Assembly (NCBI RefSeq): GCF_000002075.1
Contig: NW_004797560.1
Span: forward strand, 490,535 to 552,767
Origin: Aplysia californica
Taxonomy: Eukaryota
Length of the DNA: 62,233 nt
Direction: 5' to 3'
A program made the translations under genes and the position numbers. Positions 41,145 to 52,200 of this stretch are shown piece by piece. Position 1 is the first letter of the stretch, and every line of letters starts with the position of its first letter. The notes beneath the pieces are model-generated. The model was not told where the DNA came from and ran no database searches. It worked only from the letters and a program-made list of their open reading frames with translations.

Positions 41145-42049
41145 GTGCACAGTAGAATTGTAAATGGGCTGTAAAACAATGTCATGCTCATAGCTGTGCC
41201 TGAACTACAAACAGGGAACTGCGCTGCTTTTTCTTTCCTAATCTTTACTGTCGTCATTTCCTCTACTTCTTTAGTACGTTTGTCACACTCTTGAGACCCG
41301 TTATTTCCGGAGTGCCTAGAGATAGCCGAAGCAGACTTTGTGCTGCTGAAGATAGAGAGGTGAGCAAAGTAAGTCTGATTCCCAGTACATGTAAGGACTT
41401 CTTTTTTGACATCCACCCCTTGGCGCTCATATGACCTTGTGCAGTTTTGCGAGCGCCGTAAAAGCTCTACTAAAACAAAAAACGAGGTGTGATAGCTGTG
41501 TCAATAAGTCAAGGCCATGTCTGATGTCACCGTTCAACCCCAGTATAAATCTGTGTACATGTAGTGTATAGTAGGCAGCAGAAGGTCTATTCATTATGGC
41601 GTCGTGGAATAAAGATACTCTTTGCAGTTTATTGATCTCTATAGAGACAAAAATTTAGCGGAAAGTAAAAAGCAAACAAAACAGTAACAAGTATACTCAA
41701 GAGAGGGCTTATGAAAGGCTTGTAGTTGTAGAATTTTGCATGCAATATGAACCTGAAGCAAACTTCATTGTGTAAACGTCAGTGTGTAGTAAACAGGGTG
41801 ACCTTTATTTTGACGCAAACGTAGTATCAATATGAGATTATCTGCAGTCCAACTGCAGTTTAAAATTTTGCTGTTAGAGCTACACCTTCAGCTAAAGGAC
41901 CAACTGCAGTTGACAAGGCTGCAGTTAAAAATCCTGTCCGGACTAACCGTACGTGTACACTGTAATCCACCCATAAAACTAGCACTTTCAGTTGGTAGGA
42001 AATTTCGGAATTTTTGCCCGGGCGGCAGCCGAAGCACCCTGTTATCGAT

Positions 42050-42442
42050 TTTAAACCACCAAGGGATCTTTAACGAGCGCAACTTGCACACGGGCCCTCC
42101 TAGATTTTTCGCCATTGTCCGAGAAGGCTAGGTGTAGATCTTTCCTACCAAAAGATCAGGGGTGTGGCTTAAAGAAAGCAGTAAGAAGGAGCTAAGTAGA
42201 AGCAGTAGAAAGGCTGCAGAAAGAGTCAAGAGCCCAGTGAAGGGGGCAAAGGAGGTGAGGGGGTGGGGGCAGAAAGAGGAGACGAAAGAAGACGACAGAA
42301 CATTGCTAGAGAGCTGGAAAGGAGGTGAAAGGAGACAATTTTAAAGAACTTTTTTTTCGGTCGCAACCCGGATTCGAACCCAGGACCTCTGAATGAGTTT
42401 GAGAGGCCAACACGATAACCTCTAGGCCACGAGAGCCCCCCC
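42050..42442 (-). mobile_element. tRNA-derived SINE-like repeat; a second copy at about 48200-48564 plus 51228-51240 is split by the Buster hAT
   Basis: B box gggttcgaatcc on the - strand; the two copies are colinear across the hAT insertion. Confidence 0.65.
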
Positions 42443-44761
42443 CTAAAACTATTTGTACCCTCACAAACCAAACAGAATGAAAATGGTGGAATAGCTTTCG
42501 CAAACTTAAATAAAAAAGAAGTAATTCAAACCTTAGCCTAAGTAATAAATCACACACTCTTATAGACTCACAAAACAAAGACAAATCTCATTATAAACTT
42601 TAAATAAAATAAAATGTAAAATGGTTATTAAAAAAGCTATGAAACAAAAAAGAAAATCGAAGTGGTGAACATGGTACATGATGTATTGACATAATTTGAA
42701 ATGAGGCTGGACAAAAGAAGAACAAGAAAACACGTTGGCCCATTTCTTTGCCTTCTAATTTGATTCAATGTCCTTGATGCCCTAGATAGTACGGTAATCA
42801 ATTATATTGATCAGTATTCTCAGCCAAGAAGTACACAGTGTGGACTGCACATGTTTACAACAGGTACCGTACATGATAGAAGAGGACAGATTGCCAAGAG
42901 GTAGGGCCTACTGGGTACCCACCGAAGGCAGCTGTATGATATTTTTTTTTTTAACCCAAGAAACTTTAGGCCCCCCTCCTTTTAAAAACCTTTTCACAAT
43001 TACCCCTTCACCACCCCCCTCCTCTTTTGTTCTTGAAACTTCTTGTCTTTTGGGCTTGAAGAGCTTTTTAAAAAAAAATGTAGTAGTTATCTTTCACAAG
43101 ACCATTGTGAAAGGGGTGTTTGAAGGAAAGAAGTGGGGCAGGAGAGCCAGAGGAAGGAAAAGAATAACATAGATGGACAACATATGAAGGACTGGCCTGG
43201 ATATGGCAGGATGTGCAACGGCAGCTTGCGACCGTGAAAGATGGAGGGTCATAACGCGTCAACCTCTGACTCTGAGTCAGAGATGACACCTTCAGTCATC
43301 CAGGTGCCTCTGTATATTTCACACCCTAACTGACACAATCAGATCATTTAGGAGTGAGGGGGGCTTCGAACCAGCCTGTCAGTGTAAGGCCAACCAAGGC
43401 TTTGGGGGAAACAACATTAAAATGTCTTAACAACAGTAACAGAAAGACAGAGGTACTTTTCTTTTGATAAAGGTTCTCTCCACACAGCAATCAAACTGGG
43501 TCTTCTGCGAGTGGTGGTGAAGTGTGTAACCCTGCAACACCACAGACACCGGTGGCTTGGGTTCAATATCTGCAGCTGCAAAAAGCTCTTCAAGAACGAA
43601 ACCTGTCACCACATTGACAGCTCAGCGTTAAGACTCTGTCATAACTCACTTTTCAAAACAGCATTATATGGCAGAGAGTAACACTAAGCAGTGAACATCA
43701 TACATAATATATTATTCTATATATATATATTAATAGTAGACCCGACCTGTTCCATTTTTTCAATGCCGTTCTTTTGCTGGTAGAATGGATTCATCAAAGT
43801 GGCCATAGTAAACCGGCTTTCTGCCGGTTTGACGGCTACTTTCATGACTTAATGTCACTCGTCTGAATCAAAATGGCGAGGGCTACAAACGAAACAGATT
43901 GTTGTTTCTGCTCTGGTGATTGAGGAAAAAGAAAAGAGGGGGTCATCAACATTATGAGGTTTCATCCTATCAACAGAAGGAGAGCTATATGTATACATGG
44001 AGAATACCACCATCTCATGCCCCAACTGCCCAATCACCGGAGAATTTTCAGCAATATCTCAAAATGACACATCAGAAGCTCTTCTTTAACTGTGAGCACC
44101 CGATCTATCTTAATGAGAAGTCCACAAATTTCGGAGCCTCACAGCAAAAATTAGTATTTCTTTGCCCATCTTCATCATTTGCAAGGGGAAAGAACTATCA
44201 TTGTTATTGTAAAAAATGGACAAAGTACTGTCCCTTCCAACTTTTCTTTCTGTCGTTGAGGCAGCGGGGCGGATTGCACGATAGGCGAAAAGAGGGTGTT
44301 AAAATGCCGCGCCGGGCTGGCCACTGTTACTCTATGGCCGTCCACGCACGTCGCTGGTGGCGCCACATAGCAGTTCAGCCGGGTTGATTCTTCTCCTCGT
44401 CACGGCAAAAGAACTGCGTCAAAAAAACCAAAACAACTGGAATGGGACGGGTCTACTATGGTTTCAGCCGGAGCGGACAGACGGAGGTAGCCACGTCATT
44501 ATGAGCGAAAGACAATCTCAGACATTACAGTCCACTTGATGATCTAAGTGCGATGTTTCTGTTCTACAATTGGATCATCTGAGTTGTTCCATTCAACGGT
44601 CTACTACAATCCTCAATACGTCAATACACAATGTCCTGCACATTTTTTTCCCTCCGTATAGGAGGGACTGTCACTGTCATTGGCCACACAATGCTTTGGT
44701 TCAAAAGGACCATACGTATTTTGATGGTTGTACATGTAGTTGTAGTTTGTTACTGTCAGTG

Positions 44762-45763
44762 TTAGTTGAAGTAAACGGTCTTGATGTCATTTAGAAAGGC
44801 GATGAACATATCCGGCTCATCCTTCCTCCAAATCCTCCAGCAAATGTTATCCAGGTGAGACTGGAACGTGCTAAGGTTATAACCTCGTTTTTTCTTCAAG
44901 ATGTTCGTGCTGGCATCCAACCAAGACCTCTCAACGGGCTGGGCGTGAACTCCTGTTGCTGGATCCACATGAAGCTGGTGGTGGTTGACAGTTCGATGCT
45001 GAAATCCTAAAGAGCTGAGAACACCGTAGGCTGGCCATTCGTTGCAATGAATAAAAGACCCTGGCTCGCACTCACGCTGAATGATTGGAATCAGCGTCTC
45101 CGAGTCCCTGTTAATCACCCAAAAATAACGACAATCGTTTCCTTTCTTGAGTCCAAAAACCCACAGATCGTCCATCTGTCGACCATAACTCTGACTGTTT
45201 TCCACAGAAGTATCGTCGTCAGCATTACTAGACGGTTGATCTCTGGCCAGCTGCTTTCCACGGCCGTTTCCTCTGCGGCCGGCAAATCCAGACTCGTCGA
45301 CCAGGATTGGTTCCGTTTCCGTGCCTACCATTTTTCCTCGGGATGAAACAATGCTGGAGCATACCTGTCGGCACATTTTGAACCGATCTACAACAACCGT
45401 GCGACTTCTGCCGGTGAGAGCGACAACTTGATCCATTGACATGTCAAGGATGAACATGAAAACCAGCTCAAGAATGGCGCTGAGCGGGAGCCTTGCATGA
45501 ACGTTGCCGCCCCGAGCCTTATGATGGAAGAATGGGTTCCCTCGACGCAGAGATCGTGAAGTTTGGCAACCTTTTTTGGGGCATCTCAGTACGGCTCTGA
45601 ATTCACCCCCCTTATCCCTCTTCCTGGTCTGTCTCATCGCTGTGCCACACTTGTGACAAGGATTAGCGGTGTCCGGAGCTCCTAGGAGGCCCTGACAAAT
45701 CAGATAGTTTGCTGCTGCTTCTTCTGTTGGAATAACAGTGTCGTAGAATTCTCTCAGGTACAT
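44762..45763 (-). CDS. ISXO2-like (IS1595/Merlin family) transposase-domain protein, 333 aa, intact, possibly domesticated
   Basis: N-terminal zinc ribbon CHKC...CPKKGC; motifs VDES.FAG, WVFG, RDSETLIPII, IHCNEWPAY, TVNH, VDPATGVHAQPVERSW, QSHLD, all characteristic of Merlin/ISXO2 transposases. Confidence 0.9.
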   Translation of the reverse strand: MYLREFYDTVIPTEEAAANYLICQGLLGAPDTANPCHKCGTAMRQTRKRDKGGEFRAVLRCPKKGCQTSRSLRRGNPFFHHKARGGNVHARLPLSAILELVFMFILDMSMDQVVALTGRSRTVVVDRFKMCRQVCSSIVSSRGKMVGTETEPILVDESGFAGRRGNGRGKQLARDQPSSNADDDTSVENSQSYGRQMDDLWVFGLKKGNDCRYFWVINRDSETLIPIIQRECEPGSFIHCNEWPAYGVLSSLGFQHRTVNHHQLHVDPATGVHAQPVERSWLDASTNILKKKRGYNLSTFQSHLDNICWRIWRKDEPDMFIAFLNDIKTVYFN

Positions 45764-46519
45764 ATTGTGCTCGGTTTCAGCTGATGCTATAATGTAAGAA
45801 ATTACTTGAATGATCTCAGTCTCTCTGTGAAGTTCAAAGTTAATTGGGACTGAAAAAACAAAATGAAAAAGTTACCGTCTTAGTTTAGTTTTTTATACTT
45901 TAGCCAATCACACGCGCACAAGCTGTCTCTGAAGTCTGAAGTAAGTAGCCTTTAGATCTGGCTAATCACTAGATATCTAATCATGGACCCATGGGAACCG
46001 TGGATAAAAGTTTAGTGTAGTGTAAGTAAAAAGTAAAAGTGAACTTTTACGCCACTGCCTTTGCAAGTTCATGCTTCCCAAGCCTGGACGTCGACCCATC
46101 TCAGGTCATTATATTGCTTTCCTGACCGCCGCCTTCTTGTTTTGTTTACAATAGGACCACTCACTGTTTACTGTTTACTAGACTATTTTTGGCATAGCAC
46201 AGGACAAGTTGACAGGTAGACCGTAACAAGTGCCGCAGCCGGGCCACTTGACGGTCTACCGCCATAATGCGATTTAGGCCTACGGATGACATGAACAACC
46301 CACGGTTTGCTTGACGATCTACCGATATAAACAGTTGTAAACCATAGAGTAAAACAAAAACATCAAGGCAGTTAGTCTACTTGACTTACAACAACCAGTT
46401 TTAGCCTATACATAATGTTTAACCTAATTTTTTTTTTTTAAAGAAGTAAATTTGGCAATCTCGACCGTTTGTTTTGTTTTTGACTAATCGAACTGCTAGT
46501 ACTGCCTCAAACGTCCAAG
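45764..46519. promoter_or_regulatory. Probable bidirectional promoter region between the ISXO2-like gene and TBRG1
   Basis: Divergent ATGs 757 bp apart; relatively CpG-rich; YY1-like CAAGATGGCTGC overlapping the TBRG1 ATG; - strand donors at 46389 (gtaagt) and 46164 (gtgagt) and acceptor at 45850 (ttttttcag). Confidence 0.5.
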
Positions 46520-49201
46520 ATGGCTGCTCCCAGTTCGTCGACTAATCAGACAAGTTCAGCGCCAGTATGTAGATCTAGATCTAGATCTAGTCAGAATAAT
46601 TTGATGTTTCTGTCTTCTTTTTCTTGAATACGTTTCAGTCCAGATAGATCTAGATCTGTATCAAGGATACTCCTGTTTTAACTCCAACGATTGCTGTTCG
46701 ACAGTAGGTCTACTACTACTATCCTTAAATCTAGAGTTAGAGTCTAGTCTAGGCCTAACTAATCCTGCAATCCTAGATCTGACAATGGGTGATCTTGTTT
46801 GTAGTTCCGTTCGTTAAAGTCCACGATCCATTTGTTTACATCCAGAGAAGAAATCCAGAAGTCTTGATGACCAAATACTATTTGAATTAGGCTACACAAA
46901 GAGTGGGGATGCAACCTAACTGCAAAACATCAAATTTAGGCTAATTATTAGGATAAAATTCAGGGGGGCATGCGGCATGCTCCCCTGAACCCACCCCCCC
47001 ACCTCAGTATTTTTATTAGGTCAGGGGAGCAAGCCCCCCTGAAACCCCCCTACTCTTGACTTTAACGAACGAAACTACAAAATCGCCCTACAATGGTTTT
47101 AATTGTCAATTTCTTTGCACCTACGGACTCATCTCTGTGCTGTCACGTGTGGGAAAGAAAGAAAAGAAAATACAAGCGTCGACAGTCGTCCGATTTTTAG
47201 ATTGTCTGGCTCGCCATCGTAACCGGTCAATGAACCTGCGCGCATTCGCATCATAAATAAATACGGCATCGTGTGAGCAAAGACCGTTTTTGGTGGGAGT
47301 AACTGCGTTGCGAAGTATAGGATTACGGAAAGGAAGAGGCTAGCCGTACTTAATGACGGCTAGACTGGCAGTCTAGCCGTACTTAAGTACTTATTCTTAA
47401 TATGATGGCTAGACTGACCATTTACAAAAAATAGGCCTACTGAATTGTAAATATATATACATTTTTAGTGTGCAGTACCTAAAGTATTTGTATTTGAGAC
47501 AAAACCAGGTTCCTTAATGACAGTGCATGTATTTTAAACCTCCTGTTTTCTAATGTAAATAGGGCCTAAGATAAGTACGGCTAGACTGGCAGTCTAGCCG
47601 TACTTAAGTACGGCTAGACTTCTTGTACTTAAGTACGGGTAGACAGCCAGGCTAGCCGTACTTAAGGACGTCAGTCTAGCCGTACTTAATATTGATGGCT
47701 GAATTGTAAATGAAAATTTTAGTTTGCAATGCCTAAAGTATTTGTATTTCAGACAAAACAAAAAGGTGCCTTACTGACTTGCATGTATTTGAACCTGAAT
47801 AATTACTAGATCTAGATCTAGATCTAGATTAGATCTAAGGAGACCTGTGTACTTAACAGGATTGAGTCGATTGGGCCAAACCTAGATCTAGATCTAGATC
47901 TAGATCTAAGTACGGCTAGACTGGCAGTCTAGCCGTACTTAAGTACGGCTAGCCACTTCGTTACGGAAAAGGGGAGGGGATTATTGATTTTTTTTTGGCT
48001 GCTCTTATTGGCCCACAGAGTAAAAATTAGCGAGAAAGGGGCAACTAAAGTTTTGATTTGGTAAGTGTTTTAAGGCGCTCGCAACTGTATAAAGTCATAT
48101 AAGTGCGGGACACATGAAAATTAGACATTTTCAGTTTGGAAAGTAGGAACTAATTATGAATTTTGCTAGAGTGGCAGCTAAAGCCGACTGTACTCTTATT
48201 GATTTTGGACCCCCAAGGGAATTTTAACATGTGCAACTCCCACACGGAACCTCTAAGATTTTTCACCCTTATCTGAGAAGGCTAGGTGTTCTAGATCTTT
48301 CTAAGATCAAGGATATGGATGAAAGACAGCATTAAGAAGGAGCGAAAGGAGTTGCAGTAGAAAGGCTTCAGAAAGAGTCAGGAGCCCAGAGGAGTGGGCT
48401 AAAGGGGGTGGGGGCAGAAAGTAAAGGTGAAAGTAAACAACAGAACATGGTTAGAAAGCAGGAAAGGTGAAAGGTGGAAATTTTAGAGAAGAAAATTTTC
48501 CGTCGCTTTCAGGTTTCGAACCTGGGACCTATTGAATGAGAGGTGAACACTGTAACCTCTAGACCAGTGGTTTTCAAACTTTTTTCGCCCACCGCCCCCT
48601 TTTTCACCCAGCCGAGCCCCAGCGCCCCCTACTCCACCCCAATCATCAATGTGACATAACGACATGCATAATATAATAGCAATCACAAATAAAGAGAGAG
48701 CTCAAACAGCAGCGTAGAAAGTAACATGCCTAAATTCTAATGATTTGGTTCTGAATATTAGTTGGGTCACAAATCACCATCATTACAGAGTTTTAAATTA
48801 AGCGTGTACGAGAGATAATAAATCACATTTTTCTCCAAACTTATGAAAGGGCATTGAGAGCAAAATGCTGTCATTTTATGCTTATAGTTGTAATCGGTAC
48901 TAAACGACCAGTGTTATTAACATAAATAAAAATAAAACATGTATTATCACATTTACAGAAGCAAAACGCCAAAAAATAAATAAATAAATAAAAACGCCCG
49001 TGATCATTCGTTTGAAAACAGATTGACATTATCTTTATGAAACGTTTTCTCCCATCAACGTGCTGCAATAAAGTTGCCTGAGATGTGTATCAAATATCTC
49101 CATTGTAGAAAATAAAAATATTATTAAGTTGTTCAAATGTGAGAAACCACACGAAAGAAAAAGTATGCATGGATCTTAGTCTGTAATTATCACCATCATT
49201 G

Positions 49202-49251
<50 letters not shown>

Positions 49252-52200
49252 TTCATTATCATCGTCATCATCATCATCATTTTCATCAACAGTGGTAGCA
49301 CGTGCACATAAAAAAACTCTGTTTAACAAGTGAATGTTTTGCTTTTTTTAAAAAGGAAGAAAAAAAAAAAGAAAAGACACATTGAGATATCAAGTAAGGG
49401 TAAACTACGGAGTAGCGTGCGCAAATAAGTTATTGACACTACCCTAATGGGAAGGATGGACCTGCTTAAGACGGAACCAACTTATCAACATCAGGTTTCA
49501 GATTGGTCAGTAGCAGACGCAAATCGCTACGCTTCGTCAGCAACCTTGCCACTGTACTGAATCCCCTTTCCACTAGATAGGAGGCGGGAAAAGAGATGAA
49601 CAACAACTTGATCTTTTCCCACTTCTCTTGCACAACAGTTTTCAACCAGAATGACTGGTACGGCTTTTTGAACAATGGTTAGATTTCAAAGTCACATTTC
49701 ATCGTCAGAAGCTCTTCTTCAATTGCTACTTGCAAGTTATCTTCTGTTTCAGTGTTCGATGGGTCCAATATCCAGTATGGAATTTCCAGTTTAAAAATAT
49801 CAGGAGGCTAAACCTTGTCTTCATATCAGCGTGCAAATCTCTGAGGTGGTTGCTATATATATTTGTAGTTCCTCGTCAGAAATGCGCCCTTCTTTCAGTG
49901 TCTTCGTCAAGCTAGGACACTGAGAAATTTTCTTCTGCCAATATTTCGGCGGATCATTTCCAATTTCCACAAGAATGACAAAAGCCTTGATCAGGTTGGT
50001 ATCATCCCCCTGCAGCTGAAAGTTGAACTGGTTGAACTTTGTGAAAAGATCTGTGAGGAGCGCAATGTTGTTCTTGTGTTCTTTCTGTTTATTGCAGAGA
50101 TCACTGTCTCTTTCTTGAAAACAAAACCTCCAGCACAGAGTCAAAGAGGCAGAACAATAATTGTGTTCAACAGTTTCCTTTCGAGAGCCACCAGACTTCA
50201 ATGTGCAAAAGTAAGCTTTGAAAGTACTCGTCATTTTCTGTCTCGAGTTCAAAGCGTGGACTTTGATCTTGTTCACACACTTGATGACAATGGCCAGTGT
50301 GTCCTGCAGACTATCATTCAGGTTTTTTACAACCAAATTATGTCTGTGAATGACACAGTAAACAGTAAATACTCCATGGACTGATTTCATCTAGAAGTTC
50401 ACAAATCCACGTTTCCGACCTGCCATCGACGGTGCCCCATCTGTTGCACAGGCAACTGTACTGGTCAGAGGGATCTGTTTCTCGTAGAAAAATTCTTGGA
50501 CCACTTTGAAAATGGACTCGCCTTTGGTATCTGTTTCCGACATTTTCGCAAATAACAATTCTTGCATTATTCCCTCACCCTCTATGAACTGATATCCAGT
50601 TAAAGGCTGAGCTCACGCCCTTTCAGCATTTTGCACAGTGATTCCTCAACATTAGCTGACGTCTCATCTAAACGTCTTTGAAAGGTATTTGCACTTAGTG
50701 GGAAAACTTTCAACACAGGCTCCGGGGCACGTTGCAGGACTGTGCTGACCACCTCTCTTATAGCAGGCAATATGAGGTCCTCACCGATAGCATGGTGTTT
50801 CCCTGCCTTTGTAATTAGCTGAGATAAATTATATGTTGCTCGTAAGCCTTCATCAGCTTGATCGACGTTGGCTGCAAACATCGGTTTCACTGATTTTCAT
50901 TTCTGAAAATTGATCTTTAGAGTTTTGAAGTATGCTACATCTTTGTCAGATTTTTCGTGATGAATCTTCTTATATGGGATTTGCGGGCTGGGAAAGAAAG
51001 TTCTTAGTTATAAGTGTAAACTATGCCTAAGCTATCAATTTTGTTTTTGTTTTTGTTCTTTTATGTGGCTTTTTTCCCCTCATCATTTTTTATGTTGCAT
51101 GTCATGAAAATTTCACACCGCCCCCTTAGCGCCCACAATCGCCTAGTTTCGCCACAGCGCCCCCCAAACTCTCGCCACCGCCCCCCTGGGGGCTGTAGCG
51201 CCCACTTTGAAAACCACTGCTCTAGACCATAAGAGCCCCCTCAGCAGGTTTGACTATGATATATCGATATAATATTCTTTTTCCACAGAAGATTTCTGCA
51301 CCTTCTGGGTCAAACACAGACACTGCCACTGCCTCAGGCACAACTGCACCGTCCAGCATGGAAACCAAACCATCGCCAAAACTCCTGGACCAGCTCATGC
51401 AGAAAAAATATAGCACAATTCCTCACGGGTGAGAGAACCTGACATCACAGCAGAGTCGTTCCTCTTTGTCTCTGAGAAATTTACTGAGTTCTAGAGTTTT
51501 CTGATTATTTGTGTGGCATTATTGAGGTGAAATCAGGCGCTTGGAAAAATAATGAAATCAAAGAGAACAACATTTTCTGTCTGCTGGGCAGTTTTTATTG
51601 ATTTTATTCCAAATATTTTTTTGGGCATCATAATTGAAGCCTTTACTATTTAAATCTAATGCATGCAATTGTGCAGCTGCCAATCAGGACCTTGAAATGT
51701 GTTTTATGTTTTTGAGGGTCTGATTATGGAAGTCTTTTTTCATGTTTGAAAATTTGCTTTGTCTGTTGTCTCGTATTTCTTCTTTACGGACTTGCTGATA
51801 TTGAAGAAAAATATGAATTCTGATCAATTCGTGACTGGATCTGTGAATAATAGTGGGAACGAAGCCCGTTTGTTACTTGAGTTTTGTCTGTACTGTATAG
51901 GTAAAGGTCTTTTCGGAGGATTTCTGATATAATACTTATATTCTTGCAGATCTGCCACGACTAGTTTTAAGTGAATGTAGACATGCTTGTTTTAACTGTT
52001 TTGAGGGGGAATTACTCGGTCATTGCCTACCATATTTATCTGCTGTGTTGGTAAAGTCTGTTTTTTGGGTTTAAAAATTTTGTAGCTAAGTAATCAACAT
52101 ATTGTTATTCTGAGGGAACTCCTTGATTTGAAGTTACTTTAGACTTGTGAGCCCATTTGAAAACATGGAAGTCACATTCAGTAATTTTCTCAGTCGTTAG

